This document shows positions 52,835 through 62,829 of a DNA stretch of 64,000 nucleotides, piece by piece. The notes under the pieces are model-generated. The model worked only from the letters and a program-made list of their open reading frames with translations, had not been told where the DNA came from and made no database searches. The stretch is from Tagaea sp. (lineage in GTDB: Bacteria > Pseudomonadota > Alphaproteobacteria > CACIAM-22H2). How positions within the stretch are numbered: the stretch's first letter is position 1; each line of letters opens with the position of its first letter. A program made the position numbers and the translations under genes. The stretch spans positions 1,152,001-1,216,000 of the forward strand of contig CBDIIB010000004.1 of NCBI GenBank assembly GCA_965279525.1. The letters run 5' to 3'.

Positions 52835-54253
52835 TTGGAAGAACGAAGCGGCACGCTGTGGGGAGGCCGGTTCCGCAAGGCGCCGGACGCGCGCCTGATG
52901 CGGCTCTCGCGCAGCGACCCTTCGCATGTGCGTCTCGTTCCCTACGACATCGCCGGCAGCCGCGCGCACGCGCGCGAACTGGGCCGCTCGGGCATCCTCG
53001 CACCGGCGGAACTCGCGACGATCCTGATCGCCCTCGACACGCTGGAAGCCGACGTCGCTTCCGGCCGCACGCAATTCGGCGCCGGCGACGAGGACATCCA
53101 CACGTTCCTCGAACGCGAACTGATCCAGCGCCTTGGCACGCTCGGCGGCAAGTTGCGCGCGGGCCGTTCGCGCAACGACCAGGCGGCAAACGACCTCAAG
53201 CTCTATCTGCGCGCGGTGGCCATCGACATCGCCGGCGACCTGCGCGAACTCGAAACCGCCCTGATCGCGCAGGCCGAAACGCACGCAGACCTGCCGGCCC
53301 CCGGCTTCACGCATCTGCAGCCCGCCCAGCCCGTCACGTTCGGCCATCACCTGCTCGCACATGCGCAGGCGCTGTCGCGCGATCTGGGCCGGATCGCCGA
53401 CTGGCGCGAGCGCGCCTCGCTGTCCCCGCTCGGCTCGGCCGCCCTCGCGGGTTCGGCTCTCGCCAGGCGGCCCGACCTGTCGGCGCTCGAACTGGGATAT
53501 TCGGGGGCGTGCGAGAATTCGATCGACGCGGTGGGGGCACGCGACCATGTCGCGGAGTTCCTGTTCGTCGCGGCGATGATCGCGGTCGACGTGTCGCGTC
53601 TGGCCGAGGAAGTGACGATCTGGTCGACGCGCCAGTTCGGCTGGATCGAACTCGACGACGCGTTCTCGACCGGCTCGTCGATCATGCCGCAGAAGAAGAA
53701 CCCCGACATCGCCGAACTGTCGCGCGGGCGGGCTGCCCGTCTTACCGGCGATCTCGCCGCGATGCTGGGCGCACTCAAGGGCCTGCCGCTCGCGTACAAC
53801 CGCGATCTTGCCGAAGACAAGCGCGCCGCGTTCGACGCAGTCGACGTGCTGGGCCAGGTGCTGCCCGCGATGGCCGGCCTGATCGCCACGATGCGCGTGC
53901 GTACCGAGCGCGTCGCGAAGGATGCCGGCGAAGGGTTCACGCTGGCGACGGAAATCGCCGATTTCCTTGCCCGCAACGGCGTGCCGTTCAGCGAGGCGCA
54001 CGAGGTGGCCGGTGCCGCGGTGCGGCTGGCCGAGGACAAGGGCGTGTCGTTGGGCGAGCTTGCGGCCGGCGATCTTGCCAAACTCGACGCGCGCCTGACC
54101 GCCGACCTGTTGCCGATGCTCGACGTCAAGGTCGCCATCGCCAGCCGCGACGTGTTCGGCGGCACGGCCCCCGGCCGCGTGCGCGAGCAGATCGGCCGGC
54201 TGCGCGAAACGCTCGCCCGGCTCGCCAACCGCCTGCCAGCGCCCGCCGCATGA
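52835..54253 (+). CDS. Argininosuccinate lyase-like C-N lyase
   Basis: TTG start after GGAGG; [36 protein letters not shown]. Confidence 0.9.
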   Translation: MEERSGTLWGGRFRKAPDARLMRLSRSDPSHVRLVPYDIAGSRAHARELGRSGILAPAELATILIALDTLEADVASGRTQFGAGDEDIHTFLERELIQRLGTLGGKLRAGRSRNDQAANDLKLYLRAVAIDIAGDLRELETALIAQAETHADLPAPGFTHLQPAQPVTFGHHLLAHAQALSRDLGRIADWRERASLSPLGSAALAGSALARRPDLSALELGYSGACENSIDAVGARDHVAEFLFVAAMIAVDVSRLAEEVTIWSTRQFGWIELDDAFSTGSSIMPQKKNPDIAELSRGRAARLTGDLAAMLGALKGLPLAYNRDLAEDKRAAFDAVDVLGQVLPAMAGLIATMRVRTERVAKDAGEGFTLATEIADFLARNGVPFSEAHEVAGAAVRLAEDKGVSLGELAAGDLAKLDARLTADLLPMLDVKVAIASRDVFGGTAPGRVREQIGRLRETLARLANRLPAPAA

Positions 54254-55131
54254 CCCGCGAGCCGGCCGAATTCGCCCTCGGGAGCGGGTTGCGCATCGTG
54301 CGCCGGCCGCGCTGGGGGCGCTGGCTGGCCGCCACGCTGCTTGTCGCCATCCTCGTCTGGATCGGCTGGTCCTTTGCACATGGCCAGATCCACTGGCCGA
54401 CGGTGGGCCGCTTTTTCACGGCACCCGCGATCCTCAGCGGCCTTGCGAACACGATCCTGATGGCGTTTTGCGCAATGATCGTGGGCGTGGTGCTCGGCAC
54501 CGTGTTCGCGGTCATGTATCTCTCGCCCAATCCGGTCATGCAGGGCACCGCGCTTTTCTACATCTGGTTCTTCCGCGGCACGCCGCTGCTGCTCCAGCTG
54601 CTGATCTGGTTCAACCTCGCCCTCGTCTTCCCCACGCTTGGCATTCCGGGCCTGTTCGAGTTCCGCACCGTCGACATCATCACGCCGTTCGTCGCCACGC
54701 TGCTGGGCCTCGGCATGAACCAGGGTGCCTACACGGCCGAAGTCGTGCGCGCCGGCATCCTGTCGGTCGACCGTGGCCAGGTGGAAGCGGCACAATCCAT
54801 CGGCATGACGCGCATCACCGCGCTGCGCCGAATCGTGCTGCCGCAGGCCATGCGCGTCATCATCCCGCCGGTGGGCAACGAAGCCGTGTCGATGGTCAAG
54901 CTCACCTCCGTCGCCAGCGTCATCCAGTACGCAGAGATCCTGCGCAACGCGCAGACGATCTACTACGCCAACGCGCGCACGATCGAGCTGCTGATCGTCG
55001 CGGCGATCTGGTATCTCGCCGTCGTCACGGTGCTGCAGGTCGGCCAGCATTTCCTCGAGAAGCATTTCTCCCGCGGGCACGGCGTGCGGCGCGCGGCCAA
55101 GGTCGTCGCCCCGGCCGGAGACGTGCGATGA
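54250..55131 (+). CDS. Polar amino acid ABC transporter permease
   Basis: ATGA overlap; [30 protein letters not shown]. Confidence 0.93.
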   Translation: MTREPAEFALGSGLRIVRRPRWGRWLAATLLVAILVWIGWSFAHGQIHWPTVGRFFTAPAILSGLANTILMAFCAMIVGVVLGTVFAVMYLSPNPVMQGTALFYIWFFRGTPLLLQLLIWFNLALVFPTLGIPGLFEFRTVDIITPFVATLLGLGMNQGAYTAEVVRAGILSVDRGQVEAAQSIGMTRITALRRIVLPQAMRVIIPPVGNEAVSMVKLTSVASVIQYAEILRNAQTIYYANARTIELLIVAAIWYLAVVTVLQVGQHFLEKHFSRGHGVRRAAKVVAPAGDVR

Positions 55132-55901
55132 GTGCCATCCTGCCCATGCTCGTCGCGCGCGACGTGCGCAAGACCTTCGGCTCGCTCGCCGCCGTCGACG
55201 GCATCTCGCTCGACGTCGTGCCCGGCGAGGTCGTCTGCGCGATCGGTCCGTCGGGCTCGGGCAAGTCGACCTTCCTGCGCTGCATCAACCAGCTCGAACG
55301 CATCGACGGCGGGGCGATCTGGGTCGACGGCGAGCTTGCCGGCTTCCGGCGCCAGGGCGACGCCCTTCACGAGCTTTCGGATTCCGAGATCGCGCGCCAG
55401 CGGCTTGCCTGCGGCATGGTCTTCCAGCGCTTCAACCTGTTCCAGCACCTGACGGCCGTGCAGAACGTGACCGAGGGGCCCGTGACCGTCCTGAAGCGCG
55501 ACCGGCGCGAGGCGACCGCCGAAGCGCAAGCGCTGCTCGAGCGCGTGGGTCTTGCCGACAAGCGGGATGCCTATCCTTCGGAGCTTTCCGGCGGCCAGCA
55601 GCAGCGCGTGGCGATCGCCCGCGCGCTCGCCATGAAGCCCAAGCTGATGCTGTTCGACGAACCGACTTCCGCCCTCGATCCCGAACTGGTCGGCGAGGTG
55701 CTGGCCGTGATGCGCGACCTTGCCAAGGGCGGGATGACGATGATCGTCGTCACGCACGAGCTGGGCTTCGCGCGCGAAGTCGCCGGCCGCGTGGCCTTCC
55801 TCGACAAGGGCCGGCTGGTCGAGCTCGGTACTGCCGAAGAAGTGCTGGTCAACCCGTCCCACCCCCGAACCCGCGATTTCGTCGCCGCCGTCTTGCGCTA
55901 G
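55128..55901 (+). CDS. Polar amino acid ABC transporter ATP-binding protein
   Basis: [30 protein letters not shown]. Confidence 0.95.
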   Translation: MSAILPMLVARDVRKTFGSLAAVDGISLDVVPGEVVCAIGPSGSGKSTFLRCINQLERIDGGAIWVDGELAGFRRQGDALHELSDSEIARQRLACGMVFQRFNLFQHLTAVQNVTEGPVTVLKRDRREATAEAQALLERVGLADKRDAYPSELSGGQQQRVAIARALAMKPKLMLFDEPTSALDPELVGEVLAVMRDLAKGGMTMIVVTHELGFAREVAGRVAFLDKGRLVELGTAEEVLVNPSHPRTRDFVAAVLR

Positions 55902-55916
55902 GCCGTCTTGCGCTAG
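55887..55916 (+). repeat. Perfect 15-bp tandem duplication GCCGTCTTGCGCTAG x2
   Basis: Seen directly; spans the stop codon of the ATPase gene. Confidence 0.85.
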
Positions 55917-55943
55917 AATGCCGGCATAAACAGGAGGTATCCC

Positions 55944-56777
55944 ATGCGCCGTTTCCTCGCCCTCGCCATCGCCGCCGGCCTTGCCGCAACGGCCCCGGCC
56001 CTTGCCCAGGACGTGCCCGCGCGCGTCAAGCAGGCCGGCAAGATCGTCATCGCGACGATGCCGAACTACGCGCCGATCACCTACAAGGACCCGGCGACCA
56101 ACAAGCTGATGGGCTTCGACATCGATCTCGGCGAGGCGGTCGCCAAGGAACTGGGGCTCGCCGTCGAGTGGCAGGAGATCGCCTTCGCGCAGATGCTGCC
56201 TTCGCTGCAGACCGGTCGCGTCGACACGGTGCTCGCGGGCATGAGCGACCTGCCGGCACGCCGGGAAACGGTCGACTTCGTCGACTACCTGAAGTCGGGC
56301 GCGCAGTTCTTCACGCTCGCCTCGCTGTCCGGCTCGATCAAGGGGCCGGACGATTTGTGCGGCAAGGCCGTGGGGGCGAGCCGCTCGACCAACTGGCCCA
56401 AGCAGATAGGCGAATGGAGCGATGCCAACTGCGTGGCCAAGGGCAAGCCGCCGATCAACGTCGTGGGCACCGAAGGCTCGGTCGACGCGCGCACGCAGCT
56501 CAAGACCCAGCGCATCCAGGCGGCCGTGCAGGGCAACGAGACGCTGCCTTATTTCCAGCAGCTCGAGCCCAACACCTACACGATCCTCGGCACCGCCTTC
56601 ACCGAATCGCTGTCGGGCATGCCCTTCGCGAAGACGGCCGAAGGCGCCCAGCTGCGCGCGGCGGTCAAGGCCGCCATCGAGCGGCTGATCGCCAAGGGCG
56701 ATTACGCGAAGATCGCGGCAGCGCACGGGCTGCAGGCGAACAACATCGGCAAGGTCACCGAGAACGAAGGCAAGTAG
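55944..56777 (+). CDS. Polar amino acid ABC transporter substrate-binding protein
   Basis: Signal peptide; GFDIDLG, LQTGRVD; AGGAGG RBS. Confidence 0.92.
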   Translation: MRRFLALAIAAGLAATAPALAQDVPARVKQAGKIVIATMPNYAPITYKDPATNKLMGFDIDLGEAVAKELGLAVEWQEIAFAQMLPSLQTGRVDTVLAGMSDLPARRETVDFVDYLKSGAQFFTLASLSGSIKGPDDLCGKAVGASRSTNWPKQIGEWSDANCVAKGKPPINVVGTEGSVDARTQLKTQRIQAAVQGNETLPYFQQLEPNTYTILGTAFTESLSGMPFAKTAEGAQLRAAVKAAIERLIAKGDYAKIAAAHGLQANNIGKVTENEGK

Positions 56778-56803
56778 GTACAGGCCCAGACAGGGAAAGC
56801 CCC

Positions 56804-57853
56804 ATGGACAAGGACAAGCTCACCGCCCTTCGCGCCCGCTACGGCGACGCGCAGGGCGGCGACATCCATGATCCGCACTTCGCGAAGGTCGCGTCGGCCG
56901 TCTTCACGTCGCCCGACCGGCGCAAGTGGCCGTTCGCCGATCCGGCGACCTTTCTGGGTGCGACGTTCCGTCCGATCCAGTCGGACGCCGATCTCGCCGG
57001 GCTCGACGCGGCCCTGGTCGGCGTGCCGATGGATCTGGGCGTGACGAACCGGGCGGGTGCACGGCTGGGGCCGCGTGCCGTGCGCGCGGTCGAGCGCATC
57101 GGCCCCTACGAGCACGTGCTGCGGCGCACGCCGCTCACCGAACTGAAGGTCGCCGACATCGGCGACGTGCCGATGCGCAGCCGCTTCTCGCTTGCCGACT
57201 GCCATGCCGACATCGAGGCGTTCTACACGCGCCTCGCCGCCGCCGGGATCGTGCCGCTGTCGGTCGGCGGCGACCATTCGATCACGTGGCCGATCCTGAA
57301 GGCGCTGGGGCGCGAGCGGCCGGTCGCGATGGTGCATTTCGACGCGCACTGCGACACCAGCGGCCCCTACGAAGGCGCCAAGTTCCACCACGGCGCCCCG
57401 TTCCGCATGGCCGTCCTCGACGGCGTGCTCGACCCCGAGCGCACGATCCAGATCGGCATCCGCGGCGGGGCCGAGTATCTGTGGGAGTTCTCCTACGACA
57501 GCGGAATGACCGTGATCCATGCCGAGGAGATCGATCCGATGGGCGTGGACGCCATCATCGCCAAGGCCCGCGCGGTCGTCGGAGACGCGCCCGTCTATGT
57601 CACGTTCGACGTCGACGGGCTCGACCCGTCGTTTGCGCCGGGCACCGGCACGCCGGAATCCGGCGGTCTCACGATGCGCGAGGCCCTGGCCATCGTGCGC
57701 GGGCTTGCCGGGCTCGACGTGATCGGCGCCGACGTCGTGGAAGTGGCTCCCCAGTACGATGCCACGACCGTGACGGCCCAGAACGCGGCGCAGATCCTGT
57801 TCGCCGAGTTGAGCCTCGTGTCGATTGCGCGCGAAAAGCGCAAGGCGCCCTGA
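56804..57853 (+). CDS. Ureohydrolase (agmatinase/guanidinobutyrase family)
   Basis: GGDHS, DAHCD, HHG, DVDGLDPSFAPGTGTP, DVVEV. Confidence 0.92.
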   Translation: MDKDKLTALRARYGDAQGGDIHDPHFAKVASAVFTSPDRRKWPFADPATFLGATFRPIQSDADLAGLDAALVGVPMDLGVTNRAGARLGPRAVRAVERIGPYEHVLRRTPLTELKVADIGDVPMRSRFSLADCHADIEAFYTRLAAAGIVPLSVGGDHSITWPILKALGRERPVAMVHFDAHCDTSGPYEGAKFHHGAPFRMAVLDGVLDPERTIQIGIRGGAEYLWEFSYDSGMTVIHAEEIDPMGVDAIIAKARAVVGDAPVYVTFDVDGLDPSFAPGTGTPESGGLTMREALAIVRGLAGLDVIGADVVEVAPQYDATTVTAQNAAQILFAELSLVSIAREKRKAP

Positions 57854-57950
57854 AAAGCTGGTGCGGCGGACGTAACCTCGGCGTGCGCGGCACCGAACGG
57901 TCTGGACGAGCGCGCCCCTGCCCGGGCGCCCAGACCCGAAGGTCCGTCCG

Positions 57951-58427
57951 ATGGAATCGCTCCGAATTGCCGCCCGGCACCTGCTCCCGTGGGCTCTGGC
58001 CCTGTGGATCGCCTACATTTTCATCTGGTACCTCCAGTACAAATTCCTCGGCCACGAGGGCAGCGTGTGGCTGTTCACGGTCCTGACCGACTGGCTGGGC
58101 TTCCCGGGATACGAGAAGGCCATGCGCATCGGCGTCGGCTCGGCCGAACTGGCGGCGGGCCTGCTGTGCCTCTACCGGCCCACGCAGTCGATCGGCGGCG
58201 CCATTGCCGCCGGCATCATGACCGGGGCGATCTTCTTCCATTTCGTCTCGCCCCTCGGCATCGATCCCTACGAAGATGGCGGCGTGCTGTTCAAGGAAGC
58301 GGTCAGCGTGTGGCTCGCCGGCCTCGTCCTGCTTTTCATCCGCCGGGACGAGGCATTGCGGTTCGCAAGGCGGCTTCCCTATGTCGGCCGCTACGCGGAC
58401 GACCTGCTGGCGGGTGCGCGCACGTGA
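57951..58427 (+). CDS. Membrane protein, DoxX-like
   Basis: Hydrophobic segments, IGVGSAEL, MTGAIFFH; overlaps opgC start. Confidence 0.7.
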   Translation: MESLRIAARHLLPWALALWIAYIFIWYLQYKFLGHEGSVWLFTVLTDWLGFPGYEKAMRIGVGSAELAAGLLCLYRPTQSIGGAIAAGIMTGAIFFHFVSPLGIDPYEDGGVLFKEAVSVWLAGLVLLFIRRDEALRFARRLPYVGRYADDLLAGART

Positions 58428-59611
58428 CGACGGCACCCGCGAAGAAGCCGCGCGACGTCCGGCTCGATTTCTTCCGTGGCCTGTCGCTGGTCGCGATCTT
58501 CACGGCCCACGTCCCCGGCGACTGGCTGGCCGAGATCATCTGGGCGCGCTTCGGACTGTCGGACGCCGCCCACGTCTTCGTCTTCATTTCCGGCTACGCC
58601 GCGGCGATGGCCTTCGGCGGCACGTTCCTGCGCCAGGGTTTCGTTGTGGGAACGGCGCGCATCGCGTGGCGCTGCGCGCAGCTCTATTCGGTGCATCTGG
58701 CGCTTTTCGTGCTGGGTGCGGCGATCTGCGCGTGGGCGGCGACGCGCGGGATCGACTATGCCGCCTATCTGGGGATCGCCGATTTCTTCGCCGATCCGGG
58801 GGCGGCACTGATCGGCCTGTTCACGCTGCGCTTCGTGCCCACCTATTTCGACATCCTGCCGCTCTACATGGTGGTGCTCGCGTTCGTGCCGCTGGTGCTG
58901 CTGCTCGCGCGCGTGCATCCGGGGCTGGTGATCGTGCTGTCGGTCGGCCTGTGGTCGTTCGTGCAGGCGACGGGGTTCAATCTCGACGCCGGAACGTCGG
59001 CCGGCCGCGGCTGGGGATTCAACCCGCTTGCCTGGCAGCTCCTGTTCTTCACCGGTTTCGCGCTGTCGCGCGGCTGGGTCGAGGCGCCGAAATTCCACCC
59101 CCTGCTGCTGGCCGCCTGCATCGCCTATCTGGTCTTCGGGCTCGTCGCGATCCATCCGGCCGTCTACGAACTGCATCCCGCCCTCGTGGCACTCAACGAC
59201 TGGGCCTACAGCCACGCGCACAAGCCCAATCTCGACCTGCGCCAGTACGCACATTTCCTCGCACTTGCCTATGTCGTGCTGTGGGCGATCGACGGGCGGC
59301 GCGAACTGCTGACGGCGCGCTTCGCCTGGCCGTTCGTCGTGCTGGGCCGGCAGGCGCTGCCGGTCTTCTTCTCGGGCATGGCGCTGGCACATGTCGCGGG
59401 CATCGTGCTGGCGTTCGGCGGTACTGGCTTCGCGCTCCAGGTGCTGGTGAATGTCGCCGGGATCGGCGGGCTCTACGCGATCGCGCGTGCGTCCGCGTGG
59501 GTCAAGGTCGCCCCGTGGAAGGCGCCGGCACGCACGCCGGTCGCAGTACCGGCACCGGCTGGCGCCGCACCGGCCTATGTCGAGCCGGCCGTGGTGCAGA
59601 CGGCCGCCTAG
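58424..59611 (+). CDS. opgC: OpgC-family membrane acyl(succinyl)transferase for periplasmic glucans
   Basis: GTG start; RDVRLDFFRGL, FGLSDAAHVFVFISG, FDILPLY, FNPLAWQ. Confidence 0.88.
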   Translation: MTTAPAKKPRDVRLDFFRGLSLVAIFTAHVPGDWLAEIIWARFGLSDAAHVFVFISGYAAAMAFGGTFLRQGFVVGTARIAWRCAQLYSVHLALFVLGAAICAWAATRGIDYAAYLGIADFFADPGAALIGLFTLRFVPTYFDILPLYMVVLAFVPLVLLLARVHPGLVIVLSVGLWSFVQATGFNLDAGTSAGRGWGFNPLAWQLLFFTGFALSRGWVEAPKFHPLLLAACIAYLVFGLVAIHPAVYELHPALVALNDWAYSHAHKPNLDLRQYAHFLALAYVVLWAIDGRRELLTARFAWPFVVLGRQALPVFFSGMALAHVAGIVLAFGGTGFALQVLVNVAGIGGLYAIARASAWVKVAPWKAPARTPVAVPAPAGAAPAYVEPAVVQTAA

Positions 59612-59618
59612 GCACGGT

Positions 59619-60467
59619 TCACCTGGCGCGCAGGTGCCGGGCGAGGAAGACAAGCACCTCGGGCAGGGCCGTTTCCCAGGTTCCCCAGTCGTGATCGCCG
59701 TCGGCCGTCGTGGCCGTCACGTTATGGCCGAGCTGGCGCAAGGCCGTCTCGACTGCCGCCTGCTCTTCGGCCAGCCCGAAACGGTCCCCCCGGCCGACCG
59801 TCAGGAACACCGGCGGGCGCAGCGGCGACGCGGCCGCGCGCGCGGCCAGCGCCATCGGGCTCTGCGCCAGGAACCGCGGTACGTCGAACGGCGTGCCGAA
59901 CGCACCTGAAAAGACGCGCGCGAGCCGCGCCTCCATTTCGGCGTCGATCGCCATGCCCGGCCTGATGCGCGTCCAGTAGGCCCCGCTCATCGAGGCGGCC
60001 GCGACGTAGCGCTCCGGATGGCCAAAGGCGAAGCGCAAGGCCCCGAACCCGCCCATCGAGTTGCCCGCGAGTGCGCGTCCCGTCCGGTCGGCGCGCGTGC
60101 CGTAGGTCTTCTCGATGGCGGCGGGCAGCTCTTCCACGAGCGCCGTCTCGATCGCACCGGCCGCGTACCAGGAATTTCCGGCCGCCGGCAGCACGACGAG
60201 CAGCGGTGCGATGCGGCCCTCGGCGATCAGCCGGTCGGCCGTCGCCTTGACCATGCCCATGCGCAGCCATTCGTCGGGGTCGCTGGCGCGCCCGTGCAGC
60301 AGATAGACGACCGGCAGGCCGCGCGTCGGACCGTCGGGGCGATAGACGGCGTACTCGAGCGGGCGGCCAAGCGCCCGGCTTTCCAGCCGGCCGGGCACGA
60401 TCTCGCCCGCATGCGCCGGAACGGCCAGGATCGACAGCGCCAGCAGTGCCGCGGCGTGCCTAGTCAT
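59619..60467 (-). CDS. Exported esterase (alpha/beta hydrolase)
   Basis: Signal peptide ending AHA; PVVYLLHG, GNSMGG, GRGD, GDHDW. Confidence 0.88.
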   Translation of the reverse strand: MTRHAAALLALSILAVPAHAGEIVPGRLESRALGRPLEYAVYRPDGPTRGLPVVYLLHGRASDPDEWLRMGMVKATADRLIAEGRIAPLLVVLPAAGNSWYAAGAIETALVEELPAAIEKTYGTRADRTGRALAGNSMGGFGALRFAFGHPERYVAAASMSGAYWTRIRPGMAIDAEMEARLARVFSGAFGTPFDVPRFLAQSPMALAARAAASPLRPPVFLTVGRGDRFGLAEEQAAVETALRQLGHNVTATTADGDHDWGTWETALPEVLVFLARHLRAR

Positions 60468-61650
60468 CGAACGGCAGGCCGACATAGTTCTCGGCAAGCG
60501 ATGTGCGCGCGGCGCGCGAAGAGACGATGTAGTCGAGATCGGCGAACTGCCGGCGCTCGTCGAACGGGGTCTCGTCGCCGAACCTGTGCAGCAGCGACGT
60601 CATCCACCACGAGAAGCGCTGCGCCTTCCAGATGCGCTTGAGCGCCGTGCGCGAATAGGCGTCCAGACGCGTGTCGTCGCCGCGCCGGTAGTGCGCCACG
60701 ATCGCACGCGCGAGCAGGCGCACGTCGGAGATCGCGAGGTTCATCCCCTTGGCACCCGTCGGCGGCACGATGTGGGCCGAATCGCCGGCCAGGAACAGCC
60801 GGCCGCTCTGCATGGGCTCGGTCACGAAACTGCGCATCGCCGTGATGCCCTTCTGCAGCACCGGCCCCTCGATCAGCTTCCAGTCCGGCCCGCCGGCGAG
60901 CCGCTTGCGCAGTTCGGCCCAGATCGCCGTGTCCGGCCAGTTCGCCACGTCGTCGGCCGGATCGCACTGGATGTAGAGCCGGCTGATCTCGGGCGAACGC
61001 ATCGACAGCAGCGCAAAGCCGCTTTCATGGCGCGCGTAGATCAGTTCGTGCGACGAGGGCGGCGCCTTGGCGAGGATGCCGAGCCAGCCGAACGGATAGG
61101 TGCGGTCGAAGAAGGCGAGCTCGCCTGCGGATACGGCCGGCCGGCTGATGCCATGGAAGCCGTCGCACCCGGCGATGAAATCACAGGCAAGCTCGTGCGG
61201 CCGGCCGCCCGCAACGTAGCGGATCGCCGGCTTCGTGCCCTTGAAGTCGTGCACCGATTCGACCTTCGCCTCGAACTCGATCCGGCCGCCCGCGGCGAGC
61301 CGGGCGGCGATCATGTCCTTGACCACCTCGTGCTGGCCATAGACGGTCACCGCCTTGCCGCCGGTAAGCTCGGCAAGATCGATGCGGTGCCCTTCGCCGC
61401 GGAAGCGGAACTCGATCCCGGTGTGGCGAAGCCCCTCGCGCTGCATGCGCGCACCCAGCCCGGCCTCGACCAGCAGGTCGGCGGCCCCCTGCTCGATCAC
61501 GCCGGCGCGGATGCGGTCCTCGACATAGGCGCGCGTGCGGTCTTCGAGGACGACCGATTCGATCCCTTCCAGATGCAGCAGGTGCGACAGCAGCAGCCCC
61601 GCCGGCCCGGCGCCGACGATGCCGACCTGCGTGCGCGCCTGCACGCTCAC
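60460..61650 (-). CDS. pobA: 4-hydroxybenzoate 3-monooxygenase
   Basis: RTQVGIVGAGPAG, RIRAGV, GCDGFHG, GDSAHIVPPTGAKGMN, AENYVGLP. Confidence 0.96.
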   Translation of the reverse strand: MSVQARTQVGIVGAGPAGLLLSHLLHLEGIESVVLEDRTRAYVEDRIRAGVIEQGAADLLVEAGLGARMQREGLRHTGIEFRFRGEGHRIDLAELTGGKAVTVYGQHEVVKDMIAARLAAGGRIEFEAKVESVHDFKGTKPAIRYVAGGRPHELACDFIAGCDGFHGISRPAVSAGELAFFDRTYPFGWLGILAKAPPSSHELIYARHESGFALLSMRSPEISRLYIQCDPADDVANWPDTAIWAELRKRLAGGPDWKLIEGPVLQKGITAMRSFVTEPMQSGRLFLAGDSAHIVPPTGAKGMNLAISDVRLLARAIVAHYRRGDDTRLDAYSRTALKRIWKAQRFSWWMTSLLHRFGDETPFDERRQFADLDYIVSSRAARTSLAENYVGLPFDD

Positions 61651-62819
61651 TTCGACATGTCCTTGTCGGGCTGGTCGCCCAGCACCTCGCGCACCATCGC
61701 GAACGCGCCGTTGACCGCCGGCACGCCGGCATAGATCGCGGCATGCAGCAGCAGGGCCTGCAGCTCGGCCATCGTCACGCCGTTCTTCAGCGCCGGCTTG
61801 ATGTGGAGCTTGAACTCCGCCTCGCGGCCCAGCGCCACCATCATCGCGAGCGTGACGAGCGAGCGGGTCTTCCACGCCAATGCGGGATTGCCCCAGGTCT
61901 CGCCCCAGGCCGTGCGCGTGATGAAATCCTGCCACGGCATCGAGAAGGCGCCGGCCCCGGCAAGCGAGCGCTGCACGTGCTCGACGCCGAGCACAGCCTT
62001 GCGGTTGGCGATCCCGGCGGCGAAAAGCGCGTCGTCGCCCGCCGCGACTTCCGGCAGGAACCCGCGCAGCACGGCGACGGTTTCTTCCGGCCGTTCGATC
62101 GCCAGCAGGTGGGAGGCCTTCTCGACGACGGCGACACGCGCGCCGGCGATGCCGGCGGCAAGCTCGCGCGACATCTTCACGTCGGTGACGGGATCGTGTG
62201 CCCCCGCCACGACGAGCGTGACGGCGGAGATGCGCTTGAGCGCGGGCCTGAGGTCCATCGCGCCGATCGCAAGGCAGCAGGCGGCGTAGCCCGCCGGATC
62301 GATGCCGAGAAAAAGGGAACGGTAATTCGCGAGCCGGACAGGATCGACGCCTTGCGTGAACCAGCGCGCCATCACCGCATCGACGATGGCGCCCATGCCG
62401 CCCTTCTGCACTGCGTCGGCGCGCGCTTGCCAACCTTCCGGCGGCGGAAGGTGGGCGGCGGTCGCCATCAGCACGAGATTGGCGATCTTGTCGGGATGGT
62501 GGATCGCCAGCGACTGTGCCGTCATGCCGCCCAGCGAAAGGCCCACGACATGCGCGCGCGCGATGCCGAGTGCGTCGAGCAGGCCGGCAAGATCGTCGGC
62601 GAGCATGCGCACCGTGACGGGGCCGGGCCGGGCCGGCGAGCGGCCGTGGCCGCACGTGTCGTAGCGCAGGCAGCGATAGGAAGGTGCCAGCGGCCGGACG
62701 ACCTGGTCCCACATCTCCAGCGTCGTGCCGAGCGAATTTGAGAACACGATGACCGGACCGTCGGCGGCACCGGTCAGATCGTAGAAGAGCTTCGTCCCGT
62801 TGGCTTCGATCAGGGGCAT
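61647..62819 (-). CDS. pcaDC: Fused 3-oxoadipate enol-lactonase / 4-carboxymuconolactone decarboxylase (PcaD-PcaC, PcaL-type)
   Basis: ATG at 62819; FSNSLGT, GLSLGG hydrolase domain then RKAVLG...QDFITRTAWGETW...AIYAGVPA CMD domain. Confidence 0.92.
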   Translation of the reverse strand: MPLIEANGTKLFYDLTGAADGPVIVFSNSLGTTLEMWDQVVRPLAPSYRCLRYDTCGHGRSPARPGPVTVRMLADDLAGLLDALGIARAHVVGLSLGGMTAQSLAIHHPDKIANLVLMATAAHLPPPEGWQARADAVQKGGMGAIVDAVMARWFTQGVDPVRLANYRSLFLGIDPAGYAACCLAIGAMDLRPALKRISAVTLVVAGAHDPVTDVKMSRELAAGIAGARVAVVEKASHLLAIERPEETVAVLRGFLPEVAAGDDALFAAGIANRKAVLGVEHVQRSLAGAGAFSMPWQDFITRTAWGETWGNPALAWKTRSLVTLAMMVALGREAEFKLHIKPALKNGVTMAELQALLLHAAIYAGVPAVNGAFAMVREVLGDQPDKDMSK

Positions 62820-62829
62820 GGAATTTCCA

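Noticed and set aside
52756-55131. ORF-track long N-terminal extensions or fusions (also 56168-57853, 60460-62712, 61647-63956)
   Set aside because: Upstream parts are off-frame read-through over neighbouring genes; real starts have RBS or stop/start overlaps
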